The position numbers were made by a program, and so were the translations under genes. Positions 42,873 through 46,235 of a DNA stretch of 46,235 nt are shown one piece after another; positions within the stretch are counted from its first letter, which is position 1, and the number at the start of each line of letters is the position of its first letter. The stretch comes from an uncultured Gammaproteobacteria bacterium (lineage in GTDB: Bacteria > Patescibacteriota > Patescibacteriia > UBA1558 > GWA2-36-10), in NCBI GenBank assembly GCA_964533435.1, contig CAZHLU010000002.1:1203-47437 (forward strand), read 5' to 3'. The notes beneath the pieces were generated by a model that had not been told where the DNA came from, ran no database searches, and saw only the letters and a program-made list of their open reading frames with translations.

Positions 42873-43979
42873 TTATTCTTTAGTAGCTAGACGGTAGCGA
42901 CCATTAGTGTCGCGATTAAAAATATTTTTATTCATTAGAGCTAAAGTAATAGTTGTTTCTTTGATTAAACGACGTTTTAATACTTCAGCAACAATTTCTT
43001 TTTTAGTTAAACCTTGAGGATTTAGTTTTAGAATTTCGGCAATTACTTCACTAACTACACCTGGTTTATAACCCCATTCAGCTAAGGCATAAATACCGCG
43101 ACCAACTAAAACATATTTTTTATCTAAAATAAGTTCGTTGTGAATAGTGGCTGGATAAGCTAAACGATGATCAAAATTCATTTTATTGATATAGTCAGCA
43201 ATTTCAGTAAAGTGCATTGGACGATTTTCTTTCTTTAATACTAGATAGACTTTATCGTTCATGCGCTTAGGGCTAATTTCTGACCAGTCAGCTAAACCCC
43301 ATTCTTCGTAAGGATTGGACTTTAATTTTTTTGTAACGTAAATAAAGTTTACAACTACCTTATCAGTTAAATCATCGTCATTTTTATAAAAATCTTGATC
43401 CTGTACTTTAGCAATTAAATTATCTAAAGCTAAAGGAGCGCCATGATTTTCAACTAAGCAACGAATATTATTGATAACTTCTTCATATTTGTCCAAAGAA
43501 GCTTCTGGAGTTTTCCAAAAAGTATAGTTATGTAGAGTTTCTTTGACCATTTGAAAACGATGTTTTAGTAATTGGCCTAAGATAAAGATAATGGCGGCTT
43601 TGTTTTCTTCACTTTGACCAGGAATAGTTAATAATTCTCTAATCAAATTAACTTCAGCCATTAAACCACCATGTTCAGCTAAAATACCATTAGTAATATC
43701 TTCCAATTCTTTTAGATAAGTTTGGTCAAAGTTTTTGGTAATTTTCTTTAAAGAGGTATTTTCAATCTGACGAACACGTTCGCGAGTAACCTTATATTCT
43801 TTACCAATATCTTCTAAAGTTTTTTTATCATAGCCAGCTAAACCATGGCGAAACTTAATAATTTCCCTTTCTCTTTCAGATAAAGCCTGTAAAATGCTCT
43901 CCAAAGTTTGATGGGGATTAAAAGTTGCCAGATTTGACTGGTGTTTGGCAATGATAACTTGGTCTAAAATTGAATCCAT
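42873..43979 (-). CDS. Sigma-70 region-4 HTH protein with C-terminal HARE-HTH-like domain
   Basis: I prefer ATG 43979 (MDSILDQ). The N-terminal EREREIIKFRHGLAGYDKKTLEDIGKEYKVTRERVRQIENTSLKKI matches sigma region 4. No region 2/3 is recognisable. The C-terminal MHFTEIADYINK...VLVGRGIYALAEWGY resembles the HARE-HTH of RNAP delta-type proteins. Confidence 0.65.
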   Translation of the reverse strand: MDSILDQVIIAKHQSNLATFNPHQTLESILQALSEREREIIKFRHGLAGYDKKTLEDIGKEYKVTRERVRQIENTSLKKITKNFDQTYLKELEDITNGILAEHGGLMAEVNLIRELLTIPGQSEENKAAIIFILGQLLKHRFQMVKETLHNYTFWKTPEASLDKYEEVINNIRCLVENHGAPLALDNLIAKVQDQDFYKNDDDLTDKVVVNFIYVTKKLKSNPYEEWGLADWSEISPKRMNDKVYLVLKKENRPMHFTEIADYINKMNFDHRLAYPATIHNELILDKKYVLVGRGIYALAEWGYKPGVVSEVIAEILKLNPQGLTKKEIVAEVLKRRLIKETTITLALMNKNIFNRDTNGRYRLATKE

Positions 43980-44045
43980 ATGATTATTGACAAATATATA
44001 GAAAAATAGTGATTTTTTTAAAATCAACTATAGAATAACACAATT

Positions 44046-44085
44046 CTAAAAATAAGTCAACCCTAGATCGAAATCTAGGGTTGAC
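44046..44085 (-). terminator. Terminator after secF
   Basis: Perfect 13-bp stem: GTCAACCCTAGAT (44056-44068) pairs with ATCTAGGGTTGAC (44073-44085), CGAA loop, T-rich on the - strand. Confidence 0.8.
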
Positions 44086-44108
44086 GTAGTGTTATTTGTC
44101 AGTTATAG

Positions 44109-45020
44109 CTATTTTTTCTTATTAAAGAATAATAGTAAAGGAGAAGCGATAAATATTGAGGAATAGGTACCAACTACAATACCAACCATTAAAGCCAAAA
44201 CAAAATATTTAGTACTAACACCACCAAAAATATAAACAGCCATCAAAGCCATAAATGTGGTTAAAGAGGTGTTAATAGACCTAACAATAGTTTCATTAAT
44301 ACTGACATTGATCAGGCCTTCAAAATTATCATAATTTCTGGTTTTAAATAGATTTTCTCTAATACGATCAAAAGTAACAATAGTGTCGTGAATAGAAAAG
44401 CCTAAAACAGTAAGTAAGGCTGTTACAAACAAACTATCTACTTCTACATTTAAAAATTTTCCTAAAAAGGCAAATAAACCAATCACTATAGCAATGTCAT
44501 GCACTAAGGCAATAATAGCAGCTAAGCCATATTTCCAAGATTGTACTGGGCGGGAAACTTGTCTAAAGGCATAGGCAATATAAAGTAAAATACAAACTAA
44601 AACTAAAATAATTGCTTGAATAGCTTTTTGTTTTAGTTCATTACCAACGGTAGGACCAATAGACTCAAAGCGATTTTCAGTTAATTTGTTGTCATTAACA
44701 TTTATATTTTCGATGTTAAGCTTAGAAATTTTAGCAACAATTTCTTGATGTTTAGCTTGGTCAACGTTTTCATAACGCAAGATAAAATCTAAGTCACCAC
44801 TAGGCTGAACCTTAACATTATTAATACCCACTTCTTTGAAAGCAGTTTCCATTTGGTCGATGCTAGGGCGAGCTTGGCTATAGTTTACTTCCATTAAACT
44901 ACCGCCGGTAAAATCAATGCCTAAGCGTAATCCCCAAATCAAGGTAGCAATAATAGAAACGCCAACTAAAATGCTGGAAATACTATACCACAATTTCTTT
45001 TTTTGAATAATATTATACAT
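44109..45020 (-). CDS. secF: Protein-export membrane protein SecF
   Basis: 303 aa with GIDFTGGSLMEV and the six-TM RND-like C-terminal region. Confidence 0.92.
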   Translation of the reverse strand: MYNIIQKKKLWYSISSILVGVSIIATLIWGLRLGIDFTGGSLMEVNYSQARPSIDQMETAFKEVGINNVKVQPSGDLDFILRYENVDQAKHQEIVAKISKLNIENINVNDNKLTENRFESIGPTVGNELKQKAIQAIILVLVCILLYIAYAFRQVSRPVQSWKYGLAAIIALVHDIAIVIGLFAFLGKFLNVEVDSLFVTALLTVLGFSIHDTIVTFDRIRENLFKTRNYDNFEGLINVSINETIVRSINTSLTTFMALMAVYIFGGVSTKYFVLALMVGIVVGTYSSIFIASPLLLFFNKKK

Positions 45021-45032
45021 ATGAGTAAATTT

Positions 45033-46235
45033 TTAGTTTTCGTTATTTTTTGTAATTCTAACTCCAAACCAAGATAATTTGTTTTCTAATTTTTTGTTAA
45101 CTATCAAATATAGCAAGGTTCTAGTAACAGTAATAGCTGAAAACATGGAGATTAAGATACCAATGCCCAAAGTAATAGCAAAACCTTTGACAATTGAGGT
45201 GCCAAACCAAGCTAAAATAGTACAAGTGATTAAAGAAGAAATATTTGAGTCTCTAATTGAGGTCCAGGCTCTAGCAAAACCCTCTTCAATGGCTGTAAAT
45301 AGGCTTTTACCGTGATATAATTCTTCTTTGGTACGTTCAAAGATCAAAATATTAGCATCAACTGCCATACCAATGGACAGAATAAAACCAGCAATACCAG
45401 CCATAGTCATAGTAACAGGGATTAGTTCAAAGACTGCTAAACTTAAGACGGTGTATAAACCTAAGGCAATTACGGCTATTAATCCAGGTAAACGATAGAA
45501 TAATAACATAAATAAAGCAGCTGCTAAAAAGCCAATAATACCAGCAATTAAACTTTTATCTAAAGAAATTTGCCCTAATGAAGGACCGACTGTTTGTTGA
45601 GAAATTAAAGTAATTGGCACAGGTAAAGCACCTAAATTTAAATCTTTAACTAATTGTTTAGCTTCTTTGATGGTAAATTTACCTGAAATTTGAGCACTGC
45701 CATCAGTAATTGCTTCTTGGACAACGGGACTTGAACGCAAAGAACCATCTAAGAAAATAGCAATTGGTTTACCAACATTGGCAGATGTCATGTCGGCAAA
45801 AATTTCTTTACCTTTATCATCAAAGTCAAGTAGTACTAATGGTTCTTGGGTATTAGGATCAAATTGTAATTGAGCTTTTTTGATATTGCGACCAGTTAAA
45901 GTTGTATCTTGCCAAACTAAATCAGCGTCTGGTTTTTTGAGTAAAATATGAGCAGAATGCACTTCTTTAGCGCCAGCTTCATTGGTGCGCTCTTCAATTT
46001 TTTTGATAATATGATAACCAAATTGTGACTCAACTAATTGTTTACTAACTTGGCCGGGTTTTAAAGTATCAAAAATAGCAGCATCAAATTCTGGTACAAA
46101 ATTACCCTTTGTTACCCAAGGTAAATCGCCGCCGTTTTGAGCAGAAGCAGTGTCTTCACTGTATTGTTTAGCTAAAGTAGCAAAGTCCTCGCCTTTTAAA
46201 ACGCGAGCTAATATTTCTTGGGCTTTAGTTTTGAC
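45033..46235 (-). CDS. secD: SecD (5'-partial at window edge), continuous in frame with a parvulin/PpiC-type PPIase domain
   Basis: The SecD P1-head and TM region are present (VGKPIAIFLDG...GALPVPI...MAVDANILIFER). The frame stays open upstream of the ORF-track GTG (45962) to the window end. My translation of 45963-46235 gives ...EDFATLAKQYSEDTASAQNGGDLPWVTKGNFVPEFDAAIFDTLKPGQVSKQLVESQFGYHIIKKIEER, a clear rotamase signature. Confidence 0.8.
   Translation of the reverse strand, partial: VKTKAQEILARVLKGEDFATLAKQYSEDTASAQNGGDLPWVTKGNFVPEFDAAIFDTLKPGQVSKQLVESQFGYHIIKKIEERTNEAGAKEVHSAHILLKKPDADLVWQDTTLTGRNIKKAQLQFDPNTQEPLVLLDFDDKGKEIFADMTSANVGKPIAIFLDGSLRSSPVVQEAITDGSAQISGKFTIKEAKQLVKDLNLGALPVPITLISQQTVGPSLGQISLDKSLIAGIIGFLAAALFMLLFYRLPGLIAVIALGLYTVLSLAVFELIPVTMTMAGIAGFILSIGMAVDANILIFERTKEELYHGKSLFTAIEEGFARAWTSIRDSNISSLITCTILAWFGTSIVKGFAITLGIGILISMFSAITVTRTLLYLIVNKKLENKLSWFGVRITKNNEN

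Noticed and set aside
1-46235. Scan for CRISPR arrays, IS elements or transposases, rRNA operons and canonical tRNAs
   Set aside because: I saw no regularly spaced repeats, no transposase-like ORFs, no 16S/23S signatures, and no cloverleaf with a normal anticodon loop in the intergenic regions.

Overview
AT-rich (about one-third GC by eye), densely packed bacterial chromosomal window. The gene content suggests a reduced-genome Patescibacteria/CPR (Parcubacteria-like) organism; this is an inference from the compact AlaRS, an archaeal-type AMP phosphorylase, CxxC-x17-CxxC zinc-ribbon proteins and many small overlapping genes. Layout: (1) 15-5325, a + strand surface-glycan cluster with four glycosyltransferases and an O-antigen-ligase-like membrane protein. 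(2) 5721-11536, lysS, serS, alr, an FtsQ-like gene and a Xer-type tyrosine recombinase. (3) 11861-15923, - strand: M23 peptidase, gltX, TagA/WecG-family GT and 2',5' RNA ligase. (4) 16036-20250, + strand: a secreted protein, a LigB-like protein, def and fmt. (5) 20335-32719, a long - strand array: ctpA, processive GT2, pyrD, a run of house-cleaning NTP pyrophosphatases, alpha/beta hydrolase, secA, hpf and alaS. (6) 32856-35345, an RNA-centred island with an anticodon-less tRNA-like RNA and structured trailer, an RGG/zinc-ribbon protein, a cold-shock protein, a ~340-nt GC-rich structured RNA and a mini zinc-ribbon protein. (7) greA, mnmA and a compositionally foreign small ORF. (8) 37578-42757, a tight - strand operon: membrane protein, anchorless VirD4/TraD-like ATPase, AMP phosphorylase and NUDIX. 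(9) A sigma-region-4/HARE-HTH protein, secF, and a secD that continues in frame into a parvulin domain at the window edge. I saw no rRNA, canonical tRNA, CRISPR array or transposase. The strongest leads are the three unclassified structured RNAs (each with its own promoter and terminator) and the ATPase/nucleotide-salvage operon.
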